DNA of 61,373 nucleotides, filler included, from Choristocarpus tenellus KU-1152 (lineage: Eukaryota; Protista; Phaeophyceae), in the NCBI GenBank assembly GCA_964200185.2. It is 10 parts of 10 records of this genome, joined end to end, with 100 filler letters (N's around TTAATTAATTAA, not from the genome) between each part and the next. Parts side by side here need not be neighbours in the genome. Positions count along the whole stretch, not along the records: positions 9,860 to 15,791 come from CAXNAD020009379.1; positions 15,892 to 24,879 come from CAXNAD020004114.1; 8 more parts are not named here. One strand, given 5' to 3'. Within the stretch, counting starts at the first letter, position 1. Each line of letters begins with the position of its first letter. Under the pieces are notes generated by a model that saw only the letters and a program-made list of their open reading frames with translations, was not told the origin of the DNA and ran no database searches. The position numbers and the translations under genes were made by a program. This document shows, one piece after another, positions 9,974 to 22,399 of the stretch.

Positions 9974-11953
9974 CCTTGGCACAGCACGCCTCAGGACCTT
10001 TGGCTTGCGCTCATGGGTCTGAGTCTTAGGCCTAGGTTCCCATCACGCCGTTAGAATTCAGTCAGCAGGGTAATGTCATCCAATATCAGGGAGGCACAAA
10101 GGCAGGAGAAAGGGGCCGATCAGGAAGGGGAGGGGGATGTGATAATGACTGTTACGTACCACACTCTCTCGATGTACTGGAAGGTGGTCCGGTTGACAAT
10201 CAAATCCATCCTACCAGCACTGGACCAGTTGATTCTGCTCACAAACTCACATCGACGATGCCTTCCCCCATGGCGCTACACTACTCCACTTGGAATTGCG
10301 GCTATCACGGGGAAAATTAATCTGATTTTTTAAACCCAAAACACAAATCGAGCTGCGAGGTTGTGTGTGCGCAGTCGCCGTACCCAAGAAAGAGTGCATG
10401 CATCACTGGCCTCCTATACATCGCTGCACAACTAGATGAACCTATATTTCTCTCAAAGTCATGCAAGTAGCAACGATTCCGTGTGTGTACCATGCAATGT
10501 GTGAAAAGCATCTACCTTTTTGCTGGGAACATTTCAGGTACGCAGAAGAGAGGCACTATGTAAGGCTCCACCTCACAATTCTCTTGCCAACACAAAGGCA
10601 AGTAATTTCTTTGTTACACACACATGATCTTGAATTTAATCCACAGCTCGCACACCTATCTTACAAAGCCTGCACACTTTACTATCAAAATAAATCCAAT
10701 CATGCCAATAGATCATCAAAGGAGTGGGGGTAAGCGTAGCGTAAGATGAGGTGGAGAGGAAAAAGCATGCTACTAGGTCAAGAAGAGCTCTCTTTTTGTC
10801 TGCCACGGCAACTCTCAAAGAACATGGTCGCCCGAACCCTAGCCGTTCATCTGCACGTGTAAATGAACACTGTGGCATTTTCCTCTGAGCACCCTTACTC
10901 AAATGCTTGAAAATATGCGCTGAAAGAATCACACCCACCACACCTGAAGAAGTGCACGCTCGTGCGGACCTTAGCCTTCCGCTTCCCACTCCCCTTGAGC
11001 ACATTCTTGGCCGCGGCCTTGGCCTTGGCAGCCTTCGCTGGTGGGGATGAAGGGATGATGATGGGGAGAATGAGAGGTGGTTCTGTAACCACTGGAACAC
11101 GCTATTTAAAGCGGTTCGTACTATTCTTGTCTTGGACAGATGCTGTTTCGAATAGGGTGAATTTCACACAGAAGACGCAAGGTCTTTTGTGCTAACCTAA
11201 CGGACACTGGGAATATTTTACTGACAAAATACTAAGTCTAATAAGCTACACTCTAATGGCATTTGCATTGATGACGGCACTTTTAGTACAACTGCCAACG
11301 ATCGATGCATATGCCCTTGGAAGACGTCATGTAATCCAGAGAAATGTGTTAGGAACGGTGATCGCCCCCAAGAAACCAAGCGCAGGAAAGCAAGAAAAGC
11401 AAGCCACAATTTGGGGCGCACCAAGGAGAGAGTACTGTCGATCAGTAAAAAGAAGATTCAAGGCCTACGATGCACGTCAGCTAAGCTAACCCAAAGACGA
11501 CACTCTGGAGGTATTATTATCGGTCACTTGCCAATCAACACAATCTAACGACGACATGCAACACATCAAGAGAATGTAAAAGTGGGCACTGTTGTCACTA
11601 TTATCAACTGAACAACCTCGCCGATGCTACCTTATCGACAGTAAACCTGAGTGTCTCCTCCCTCTCTGTTTGGGGATAGGAACGAGGTGACTGCTGTCTG
11701 GCGAACGTAAATATACCCTACAGGCAACTTCTACAAAACAGCGGATATAAATTATTACGTTGTTGGATATGCTGGTGCCTGTACAGTCCCCTTAGTCTGG
11801 CTACGATGTCCGAATGACTGAGGGTTTGACCACACAAATTCAGGATCACACTTCTTGACACACCGAAGCCTCGCTTTACCGAGACACTAGCCGAATATTT
11901 ACTGTGATCACACTCAAGATATCGAGGCACTCACACTGACTCTGGACACCCAT
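9974..11953 (-). CDS. RPL23A: 60S ribosomal protein L23a (uL23), exons 11953-11935, 11037-10944 and 10031-9974; 3' part off the contig
   Basis: The spliced translation is MGVQSQSKAAKAKAAAKNVLKGSGKRKAKVRTSVHFFRPKTQTHERKPKVLRRAVPR. All junctions are GT-AG and in phase, and the start context is GCAACCATGG. Confidence 0.93.
10755..10922 (-). ncRNA. Candidate structured intronic RNA (H/ACA snoRNA-like) in RPL23A intron 2
   Basis: On the sense strand a small hairpin is followed by AGAGGA (fits the ANANNA H box), then a TGCCAC/GTGGCA stem enclosing two sub-hairpins, then ACA. G-U pairs favour the transcribed strand. Confidence 0.3.
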
Positions 11954-14342
11954 GGTTGCTAGGCCACCCCTTCAATCCGCGGCACGACTGACCACAGACT
12001 TTAACTTCAAAGGAAGACACACAGCCATCCACCACAACACCATAACTTTATGTATGTACAAAAAACCATGGCTGCCTTCCCATCAATAACAAACCCTATG
12101 GGTGTAAAGAGAAATGTCACATATAGCATGGAAGGCTGCAAGCTGCATATTGACATCTCTCCACGTTGCTGAGCAGAACGTCGTAGGAAGATATATTTGT
12201 TGATCTGGGTACTGCTCCGTCTGGGAAAAGAGGGCACTTATTCAAGAAGGGATTCAGCTCTCGGACGCTGTACTGGCTTTGTTGAAGGTCAACAACAATC
12301 GGTGCAACTATCTGTGTCGATCGCTCTATCTCTCACATAACTAACCCATCGCCAAACCGATTCGATTCTAGCTGTAGATTCACCTTCAGTCATCCGTTAT
12401 GGCTCCAAGTAACGGATCACTTTCTTGATTGCAAGGGACTTGGTGTGTGCGTGCGGGCCACCTCATGCCATCGTGGAGTAGGCAAGACTCTACTTGGAAG
12501 AATACTTTTTGTCTGCCTCCATAGTCGCTAAGTCGATTACAGCTGGTGGGAGGGAGAAGGCTGTGAAGGAGGAAGATTAAAAACGATGACTCGATGCACG
12601 GTTGAGGTAGTACCTGATGAAGGAGTGACAATATTAGTGGGAGACAGAGAAGCAGAGAGTGTGAAGACTACCCCCAGCTTTGGAAGATTCTCGACCTCAA
12701 CAGATAGGGCCTCAGGTATGATACTTGAAACTGCCAAGGGTTTTCGGACGGAGGTCGGGATATAGAGTGCTGTAACGACGTTATGAAGGGAGCGCCACAT
12801 TTGGAGTAGGTGATTGATGCTGATCACGGCAGACACACCCGTCCCTCTCCTTGTGCACTTGGCTAGGGTTCTTGCGCCTCCTTAAAAAGGATTCGGTGGG
12901 CAAAGCAATAGGAAGGGCCTTGCTATGTTTTTGGACTGATACTGCCCCCCTCCAGCAATTCTTGATCATTGCACCACAATTATACGAATTTCTGTCTGCG
13001 ATGTGTTGCGAACACTTGGAACAAGAACGTAGAATATCCTCACGTTACAGTCAGTTACACCAGCCAAAGAAGAAAGATAGCTGCTTATTTCAATGTTTGC
13101 GTGATCTCTGTAAGTCATCGAACGAACTGGGAGGTGGTCTGTCGAGCTACGAGAAATTTCCGGCTGCTACTCTCAGAACATGTTGGTCTGGGCATGTGAG
13201 CAAATCTCCCCCATAGTTTACAATTAGACCGCTTTTTGTAAATGAATTCTCAGCTGGGGCAACTGCCAACAATAGTGTATGTATGATGTACAAGAGCTGG
13301 CCATGTCAGTCACCTTCCCCTATGTCTTGGTGACCGATCTCTCCAACGTTCCTGTGATTAGAGCTGTCGCAACTCATAGTAGAATTTCTCCAAAATCTCT
13401 TCTCTTGAACATAGCTGGGATTGTCTGGCTGAATGGCTTCCAGTTGATCTTTTGGGTTGGGGGATGTTCATCATGGGTCGCAGGTTGTTCTTGCGAGATA
13501 TACCTTAGGTGCTCAAAGGATTTTTGAGGGGTGCCTTCTACACTCTCCTTGCCGCAGTCTTCCAGTTTGCTCAAGTGTGTTCATGCTCTCATAGTGTTCG
13601 TCTACTCACAGCACTATCTTCTGTATGCGGTTGAAAATCCACTTGCCCTGCCCCCTAATGGAGAGAAAGTGTTGCATAGAACCACCAACTCAGCAATCGC
13701 TTGAGCACATTTATTTGCTTTTGCATGGACTATGCCCCTTCCTCCTTCCCCCCATTGTCCATTGTTCCCATTGATTTCCAAAGTCAAAACTCTCTGCTCC
13801 TCGACTACCAACCCCAGCCTGACCCAAGTTACGTTTAACTCGACCAAGTGTTTCCATCACCTCCTCAAGTCTACGATCTTTTGCATGTCTGCCCCCCCCC
13901 CTCCCATCATCAGTGAAATCGATACTTGCTTGTACTATAAACTCTTGAGAGTTAGGGTTAGGGAAACACTACTACCAATGCTGCATGTGCAACTATTTTG
14001 GCTAGATGGGGGTTAGGGCTACCTGCAATACAAACACACTCCATTTTAATCACTGTACAACCTCCTCTCCGCCGTAGGTAGGGCTACGATCTTATTAAGG
14101 TTAAGGCTATCAATCCCACGAATGCACACATGAACAGGAGGGCATGTTGCTAAACAATTGCCGAAACTGTAAGACAATAAATGACAAAGTACATACATAT
14201 GTATATATAATATATATACCTATGTATTCCCAGAAATTTCAATAAATCAAAAGAGACATCTTTCTTCTTCTTCTCAGAGGCAGAAAAACAAAACACTACT
14301 GTTGCAAGTTGAACAATAATAAAAATAAAATTAAAGAGGTAC

Positions 14343-15010
14343 CTCTCTGATCTCAGCCTAGGACCCATCTTGAGCGTAGGAGTCAGCCTGACAGGTGTCT
14401 TGATCTTTTTCCTCTGCCAGGTAGTTGTGTCGTAGACATACCTCATCAGCTGGATAGACAGCACAGGGGGCAGCCGCCTCAGCTCAATGGCACGCACTGC
14501 ATCCCTTTTCTCATTGCACTGTCCACACAGATACTTCATACAGGGGAAGAAGTGTTTTGGGGGGGTGGGGGGAATATGGGTATACAGCAGTAGCAGGACA
14601 GGTCGATTGCTATAGCTATTAATGAGCATCAGGAGTTACACCGTGATGGAAGTGTTAGAGAGGTTGGAAGGCGAAGCCATTCTGTTGCTGGCTCAACGCG
14701 AGACACTCAAACAGGTAGTACCTTTCAAGTAATACCTTTCAAGTAGTACCTTTCAAGTAATACCTTTCAAATAGTACCTTTCAAGTAATACCTTTCAAGT
14801 AGTACCTTTCAAGTAATACCTTTCAAATAGTACCTTTCAAGTAATACCTTTCAAGTAGTACCTTTCAAGTGGGATTGTCAACCTCCTCTCCCCTCCCCTC
14901 CCACTCTTGTTTAGAAGTCACCACTCACTACATACCCTCACCTGATTTTCTCCGTCCAGATGCTCGTTAGCAAGATAACTATCAAGGCACGCCTCCACCT
15001 CACGGTCGTC
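14343..15010 (-). CDS. Ubiquitin C-terminal hydrolase (USP48/UBP26-like), internal exons 15010-14942 and 14533-14343
   Basis: The spliced reading DDREVEACLDSYLANEHLDGENQ|YLCGQCNEKRDAVRAIELRRLPPVLSIQLMRYVYDTTTWQRKKIKTPV shows the USP fingers region and the LPPVL.IQL.R motif. Splice sites are canonical and in phase. Confidence 0.88.
14716..14870. repeat. 14-bp minisatellite, 11 copies, with a 56-bp higher-order period; inside the USP intron
   Basis: TACCTTTCAA recurs every 14 bp from 14719 to 14859, and the linkers cycle GTAA, GTAG, GTAA, ATAG. Confidence 0.97.
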
Positions 15011-15891
15011 CTGGGAAATAATATAAAAAAAATTCAGGGGACATACAGGCACAAATTCATGTATATACTTATGCATGTAACACACACACACACACATGCA
15101 AAGTGCTTAGGCGATACACTTTCAGACTAGGGTTAGGGTTGTCGACATTGGCAACAAAAACATAAACTTTTCTGACACCAAGGAGTAGAAACATAAAGTT
15201 TCCCCTCTCCCTCCCCATTAAAAAAAAAAGAAGCACCTTCGTATTGAATGGAATACAATTTGTAGCCAAAGCGATAAAAAGGGTTAAAAAGGGTTAACAA
15301 GGGGACACTATTCATAGAATGATATAGTATGCTGATAGGACTAGGGTTAGAGTCAACTGTTAAATCCATAGTACTACTGTGCAATTGTAAGATTATGTTG
15401 TACATTATATATTATTACTATTATTATTATATGGTGAGTGGGATAAGTTGAGGGGTGACACACAGTGAATTAGGTCATGCAGTATTAACAACACTATTTC
15501 TAAATACTGCAAACACAGTTGTAGCACTCTTACAGTTACAATAACAGTTGCAAATGATAAGAGCTAACTTTCACGCAAACACATACACATCTTAACTTGT
15601 ACACTCGAAGCCAGGGTTAGGGTGGAAGGATTTGGGTTAATAAAAAAGTTAAAGCACAAAATGGTGCTTAGGGTTAGGGTTGGGGTTGGAGGTACCCTAG
15701 AGGGGGGTAGGCTTTTGACAATTTTGTTGCTTAAAAGTGGGGTTAAAATCGTACACACAACACCCCATTCATATTAACCAAATCAAGGTATNNNNNNNNN
15801 NNNNNNNNNNNNNNNNNNNNNNNNNNNNNNNNNNNTTAATTAATTAANNNNNNNNNNNNNNNNNNNNNNNNNNNNNNNNNNNNNNNNNNNN

Positions 15892-17930
15892 CAAGACTGG
15901 GGTCCTTAGAAGACAGCCAGGTCAGGTTACATGTAGTAACTATGGCACCGGTCGTCAAAGTAAGAACACGGTACGCATCACGGGGGTGATTGATCCCCGG
16001 CCCAAGGTAAAAACACCGTTGAGCCTTTTGGAAAGTCTTACAGGTTTTACTAAGACGACAAAAACCAGGTTGAAGAAATTGGTAGGTCAATAGGGGTGCA
16101 GATGTGCCATACCGCATTTCATATGGTGATTTACAACCAGGATTAGCCGTGGTCGATGTGCGATTGAGCGAGTCACAAACATAGTGTTGAGCTTCAGCCC
16201 ATAGAGAGTCGGTCTTGAGGATAGTAACATGGGGAAAAAGTAGTGGGGCTTGAAGGCGGGCAGCTAATGAAGCTTCATCAATAATACCCAGCATTCGTTC
16301 AGCAACCCCATTAAATTGAGGGCTATCTGCAGGTGTAAACTTCTGTTTAACCCCACGATCACGGCAAAGAGCACCGAAAGCACCCTCATAAAATTCCCCC
16401 CCGTTATCAGACCGCACACACATGACCCGAGAGGGAGTACCATCAGCCCGGATATCGACTAGGTACTTCTTGAAGGCTTCGGTGGCATCTGACTTTGCAC
16501 GAAGGAAATACAACCAAACAAAACGAGAATAATCGTCCCGGATTATCATGGTGTATTGCTTACCACTGATTGAAAGGTTAGCCCTCTTCCCACTTAGTTC
16601 GACAAAAACCCGATCCAGCTTTCTTACCACCCTTGAAGACGTGCTGGACCGGATGCCCTTCCGTATGACCTTGATCATAGAGCAGCCCGCACATGGTTGT
16701 AGCTCACCCACCAATGTAATGCCCATTGAAGTGGCGGTGGAATTGAGTAATGCCTCGTGTGCGTGGCCATAAGAGCGGTGGAAGAGGTTAATATCGACGT
16801 TGGTGTGGGGAGCATGGGGTGCAAGTGAGGGGGCTATAGTGGCCTTTAAAGCAACTTCAGCACTTCGATCTAGTCGCGGCAATATGCGTTGACCATGGAG
16901 GGTGTAGTGGCAACCAGGATCTCTTGTGAAGGTGAGTACTCCATCTAATAGCGAGAATGTGCTAGCTGTGAAAATGCCTTTTGCACCCTTGTCAGCTGCT
17001 GCTTGGCAAGAGAAAAGGTTTAATCCAAGTAGTGAAAGTATCTTAGAGGGTACGAGTTTTGCCCTGTTTGTCCATTTGGGGCTTGACTTCCCATGGCGNN
17101 NNNNNNNNTGACACTTCCCAACCAACACAATAACCAAAACTACATCAAAATCACAACATTGGATTTTGACCCCAAATGGACGAGGCTCTACCCTCTAAGA
17201 TACTTTGGCTCCAAGATCAGAGACATGGGCGACATTTTGAAGGAGTATTTCTACCTCCTTGTTGTCACGTGGTGGAAATAAGATGGTTAGATAACCATGA
17301 CCAGCGATGCAAAAGAAATTTTGGCTAGCAGTGACTACCCTTTTGTCTCCAACGCATGGCTTATAATTAGTCATGGATTTTACCATATTTGTTATATGAC
17401 ATGATGCCGCACTGTCAAAAATCCATTCTTCTCTCTCGCACTTGACACCAAATATTCGTTTGCCCCACACTTGCCTGGAGCATTGCTGCTCGGAGAGTCC
17501 TCAGTGGCGACCAGTAGTGCGTATCGCTTGTTGTCGCCACAGCTGGTGGTACTTTCCACAGTAATGTGGGAAGGATTCGCCTCAGTCTTGATCTCTTCTT
17601 TCCCAGACTGCACCGTAGTCAAGAACACCGAAGTGCATGTTGTTGCATCATGGGCATGTCCACCACACTTGGTGCAAATGCGGTTTGGGCAAGCTGGCTT
17701 CTCATGTCCATGCTTACCGCATCTCATACAAGGAATCTTCTCAGAACGTTTTGAGTTGGAATTAGAACCATTTTTCTTTTGTTCGTCGCCGCGACCTTGG
17801 TCGTTGCGATGAGATTGACTCTACCCTTGCGATGAGCTGTTAACAACCAAAGCATGGCTGTTCTTGTGGCTTGAGTCCTTCCCCTGATGAAGGGAAGCAT
17901 ATTGCTCTCTAGCAGTTTTCAGTGGTTGGG
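15892..17930 (-). mobile_element. Ty1/Copia LTR retrotransposon: gag zinc knuckles, protease, GAG-pre-integrase and integrase; disrupted
   Basis: It contains two CCHC knuckles (CMRCGKHGHEKPAC and CTKCGGHAHDATTC), protease WIFDSAASCHIT, HRSYGH...CAGC, and integrase core RSDNGGEF and PQFNGVAER, in Copia order (PR-IN). There is a frameshift near 17470 and a MITE insertion. Confidence 0.95.
17030..17211. mobile_element. MITE family A copy inserted in Copia pol (contains a 10-N gap), TSD CAAG
   Basis: TIRs are present, with CAAG at 17026-17029 and 17212-17215. Removing it restores VAHVSDLG-LNLFS. Confidence 0.93.
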
Positions 17931-17934
17931 TTCT

Positions 17935-19681
17935 TCATCTCTTTGGCGTAGGGCGAACAATATGCGCGCCTGACCCCAAGCTCTCCGAAGAACCAGACCT
18001 CCGGTTCGCCCCACTTCTGATGCTCGCAGCATCCAAACTGATTCTCCTCTCTGGGAAATTTGCCCTCAACATGGGTTCCATATGACCCACTTCGACTGAT
18101 ACGCTTATAGCCGGAGGCCGTGTGCTGGGCACAGCGGCCTGGACGACAGGATGATTTCTGTCGCCAATTCTTTCAGACTGAACCATGAGATTGCCAACGA
18201 TTCTTGACAACTCCGCTACTGTCGCCATAAGCTCTCCGAATCCTTGGACAGACGGGCCATCGGAAGGGACAGGGTCCCACAATTCTTGAAATGCATCTCC
18301 TCGTGTAGACATGATGAAATTATGGGCTAGATACCTAAGGTTCAATATATTTCATTAAACTATCTCCAAATTATCAGAGAGGATAAAGGTGATAAACCCA
18401 GCGAGATTGCTAGGTGTCTGTAGAGTGATTGATAAAATTTAAGTGGGGTATGCAGCACTCCATAACAACGGAAATATTTCCTTTTTGTATGAGAAATTTC
18501 TCATAAACTAATCACTAGTAAAAGGTCCTGATAACTCAACCACTAATTGAATGTTCCGTTCCTCCATACATATTTTACCGTAACTGTCCGATAGAGTTGG
18601 AAGAGTCTAATCGAACAGCTTGATGGGAGGGATGGAGAGAATTGCGAAACAAATCTTGACTGTTGCTCACCGTGTTCAGCATAAACCTGTCGTCCACAGC
18701 TGCAAAAAACTCACTAGGGCTCAGGTACGTGCAGCACAGACCATCCGTGGCAGGGGCAGCAAGAGTAATGGTGAGCGCATAATATGCTTCCTTAGTAATA
18801 CAAATCTAATTAATACTAAACCCATTATCAGCAAGTAGTTCCTCCTGAGATAGCTCCTGATTGATTGGTCTCGGGGCAGTTAGGGCAGATAAACAGACAG
18901 TGTACTTACAGTGGACCATGAACCACCTTCTCCAATCACGATGGTTGGAGTTGTCCACCAACTTGGGTGGTTGGGCCTTTGATCGCTGCCTTCTCCTACA
19001 GGGAGCAAGATCAATTCCAGACCCTGATATCGCCAAAGAACCTGATCTCCGACTGATATCGCTCCGAAAGCTGAGTCTGTCCGGGCTGTTGCCATTTCGG
19101 AAACCTTCACCCACAACAGGTTCAACAGGTCCGACGTCGCCCGGTACAAAGTCAGCCAGCAGCTGTGTGATGGGCACAGCGGCTTGGGCGGCGGGATGAT
19201 CTCCGCCACCGACTCTTTTAACATTAATCTCTTTAGAGACGGTCCTGGTCCATCTTCAGTTATTGTATCGCCTTAGATAGGTCCTCCATAATAGAGGAGA
19301 AAGTTGCTAATAACGATCTTCAGGAAGGGTGGCCTCACTTCAGCCCTTATACCATGGACTAGTTGTCTCTTCTCCTAGGGAAGATATGATAAGCGCGGGT
19401 AGAAACCTAGGGTTCCAATATATTATGTTAAAGTATCCCCCAGCTCATGTATGGATTGAAGAGAGAAATACAGGAGTATTCCCAAATGTTGTAGAGTGAT
19501 TAATACATAGCAGAGGGGGTGATCATACAACCCCAAAACATCATGCTTAAAGGAACTAATTCCTATCTATCCGTTCATATACAAGAAAAAATATGATCAA
19601 CCAACAAATAATTCGTGTATTCTGACTCTGCATGTATACTACTAGTGATATCCGTTACAGTTGGAGGAGTCTATTCGAACA
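17935..19681 (-). mobile_element. Two related LTR-like 5' ends (about 18338-18617 and 19410-19681), each followed by gag-like sequence
   Basis: On the minus strand both start TGTTCGA(T/A)TAGACTC(T/C)TCCAACT and end AATATATT(G)GAACC, followed by TAGGT(A/T)TCTA.CC (PBS-like). Low-complexity ORFs lie downstream (17935-18345 and 18806-19224). Confidence 0.55.
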
Positions 19682-21056
19682 GGTTCCGCTCTTGCCCTGG
19701 AGTTTGAGCATTTTTGTCTTGATATCGTACTGCCTAGCCTAGATTGAAAGGCTAGACTTGTAGTTTGTGGTTACCCTGTCATTAAAGGAGTTTGATGTCA
19801 GGAGCTATGCCTGCGAGAATGGAGTGGTATATTTGGCAGATGTGGTGGGTGTTGGGATCATTCTTGATGGCGTCAAGGAAGGTCTTGACCTGATCGTCTG
19901 GTGTTGCACTGAGAGAGTACATCCTGCAGGAACTTTGTCAAAAGTGCCAATTTCTGTCCCTTGTCCAACAATCATGCGGCATATCGTGCCATAAGTAAAC
20001 CTGTTCCCATCCCCCTCATCATGTCTATGTGGTCTTCAAGCAATGAGCAAAGTAGTGAAAGTATAGTGTCCGCGTCTTACTTTATTGAAAGAGCACAGCG
20101 AACTTTGGTTTGAAGGTCTTCCAATCACTCTCTTCCTGATGCAGCAGATGCCCAAGACATAGTGCTGTGTCCATCTGCGTCAGAAGAAAAGACAATCCGG
20201 AAGGGATACATACGTGTGTGAGGTAAGGGGGGCAATATACTCCTGTGAATGCTGAACATGAATCGACAAGTAGAAGTATATTGAAATTGTAGGCAAGTCC
20301 AACCGACTGATTTGTTCACGAAGCAATTTCTTGCAAAAATCGTACTAGAAACATCAAATCTGCAATGTTTTGGATTAGATCATTTTGATGTCAGTCGGTG
20401 GTGTTAAGGAAATTAAGTACTGTGACAGGAATGAATGAGGGGTTTGTCCAAAAATAGGACAATTGTAGGGTGCACCCTGTTTTATGTTGAAACCTGAATT
20501 GAATGAAGAGTGCTTTCGTGTGCAATGGCTGGTTTGTGGAAGGGGTGTTATGGTGCCGTGCAGCAGCGGTGATTTTATTCTGTTGCAACTGAAGTCATAG
20601 CTTGCTCAGTCAGAAGATGGATGATGTGTATTCGATGTTCTTCCTTGGTACACTCAATTGAAGAAATGCATGTTCTAAGAAGAGGCTTGTTACCTTGGCG
20701 GACAAGGGTTTCTGTGGATGTGCTACAAGCGATAGGTCTTGATGGAGATTTCATAAACGCCATAATGACATTGAAGTCCTAGATTTTATATATTTGTACT
20801 TCTTGATTATTTATTATTTAGTCATTATCATGCCCCCAGGTGGTACATGGTTGCCGGTTCCTTTTTATAGGATGATATTGATACGTATGAAGGGAATAAT
20901 CCAAGTGAGAGATCAAGCATACTTGACGACTTGTGCATCAAGAGTCCTGCACGTGCATCAGCATCATCTATAAGCTTGTGGACTGGAGCTATGCATCCCG
21001 TGGAGGTATGCTATGGAGCGTGCTGTAACACATGTTTTAACTCTGATTATATGACC

Positions 21057-21110
21057 TTGGTTTCCCCCCTGACACATCTGCAATATATCAGAGGGCATAA
21101 TAATATATAA
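21057..21110 (+). mobile_element. Hairpin-(ATA)n retroposon 3' fragment
   Basis: TGGTTTCCCCCCTGACACATCTGCAATATATCAGAGGGCATAATAAT matches the family consensus. Confidence 0.8.
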
Positions 21111-21585
21111 TATATGGCATCCAGGTGTGCATCAGGTACACTTAACGCAGAGTTGAGCTTGGTGTCTTATGAGGGGAAATGCTAACCAATAATAATAACA
21201 ATCAACAATTGACATACAACTGGAGTCTTCTACTGTTAAGAAGAAGGAAGGGAGAAACAAACAACAAAGAGACACAACAAACTTGAATCAATGTCTGATG
21301 TAACTCAAGCGACACATATTATGCTGTGTATGTGGTGGATAGTGATTTTCTTATGCTTCATATGTACTGCGGTGTTTTGAAGGTAGTTGATGGTGTTGCG
21401 ATGATGATTAGCTAGTGGTGCAAGTGAAAGCAACTACCATTACCGCGGACCAATCAATATCCAGCATGGACTGGTGGCACTGTATGGTATCAAGAAGAAG
21501 CAAATGAGTATACCCATGCTTTAACATTTTGTGTATGTGAGATTGTGGTATTGGATTAGGCCTTGTGATGTAACTAATGAGATAG

Positions 21586-21815
21586 TACATCTGGATTATG
21601 TATGGGGTTTGGTATTGCAAATAAACTTCTCTGATATAACCGTTGACTTACGTCTCAGGCACAAATAACAATAAAAAAGCAATAAGAAGACACTCCACAA
21701 CGTCACTCTTCTTTCAACCATATGATCGTATTCACAATGGGGAATTATGTTAGGCTCCCATCTCTTTCTTCTCTCTTCTTTCATACTGACACAAACAGCA
21801 GTCTAAATCTGCGCA
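21586..21815. repeat. Diverged dispersed repeat of about 230 bp, second copy at about 23217-23440
   Basis: Both copies share TACATCTGGATTATGTATGG.GTTTGGTATTGCAA...AGGCACAAATAACAATA.AAAGCAATAAGAAGACAC...GTCACTCTTCTTT. Confidence 0.8.
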
Positions 21816-22399
21816 GGGTTTATTGAATAATTGAAACTTACTAATATGTGATGTAATGGTCAAGTTCGGAGTCTTTCGGATTTGTCCATTTTGAAGGTTT
21901 GTGGTGGGTGTTTGGAAGCAATAATGGGTCTGTTGATAAATGTTGTTGTGTAAATGCAATTGGCCAGAACATTGAAATCTGCGATGAATTCAGATTTGGC
22001 TATTTGAGCATTATGGGTGGTGTCGAGGGTGGTGAGGAATCTGAATTAGAGGCACGAAGAAATGAGGGTGTTGTTAATTGAAGTGTTGTGTAGACGAAAT
22101 ATAGTAGAAGAGTGGAACCTGCAACCTTACGGACTTGGTCATTTTGAGGTTTGTGTGCAGAGTGGAGGATGATGATGCTGCATTCATGGCACGAAGGAAT
22201 GAAGGTGGTGTTGATGAAGGATTGTGGAAATATACTAGAAAGAGTCAAACTTGTCACCTCTAGGATTTGCCATTTTAGAGTGTGCTTCTGGACTTGTTGA
22301 AGTTTAGATTTGAGAGCGTATGTGATGTGTCTGACAAATCTGTGTGACGTAGGATACGATCGGTCCGGTGGATCATGCTGTTGCTATATTCTACAGAAT

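Noticed and set aside
12386-13850. Coding-like stretch between RPL23A and the USP exons
   Set aside because: All frames are interrupted by stops, and there is no recognisable motif or consistent exon chain.
14716-14870. CRISPR-like regular array
   Set aside because: There are no unique spacers and no cas genes, and the context is a eukaryotic intron. It is a minisatellite.
15836-17137. 433-aa ORF as an intact gene with its listed N-terminus
   Set aside because: The first 35 or so residues are translated MITE sequence and Ns. The real content is disrupted Copia pol.
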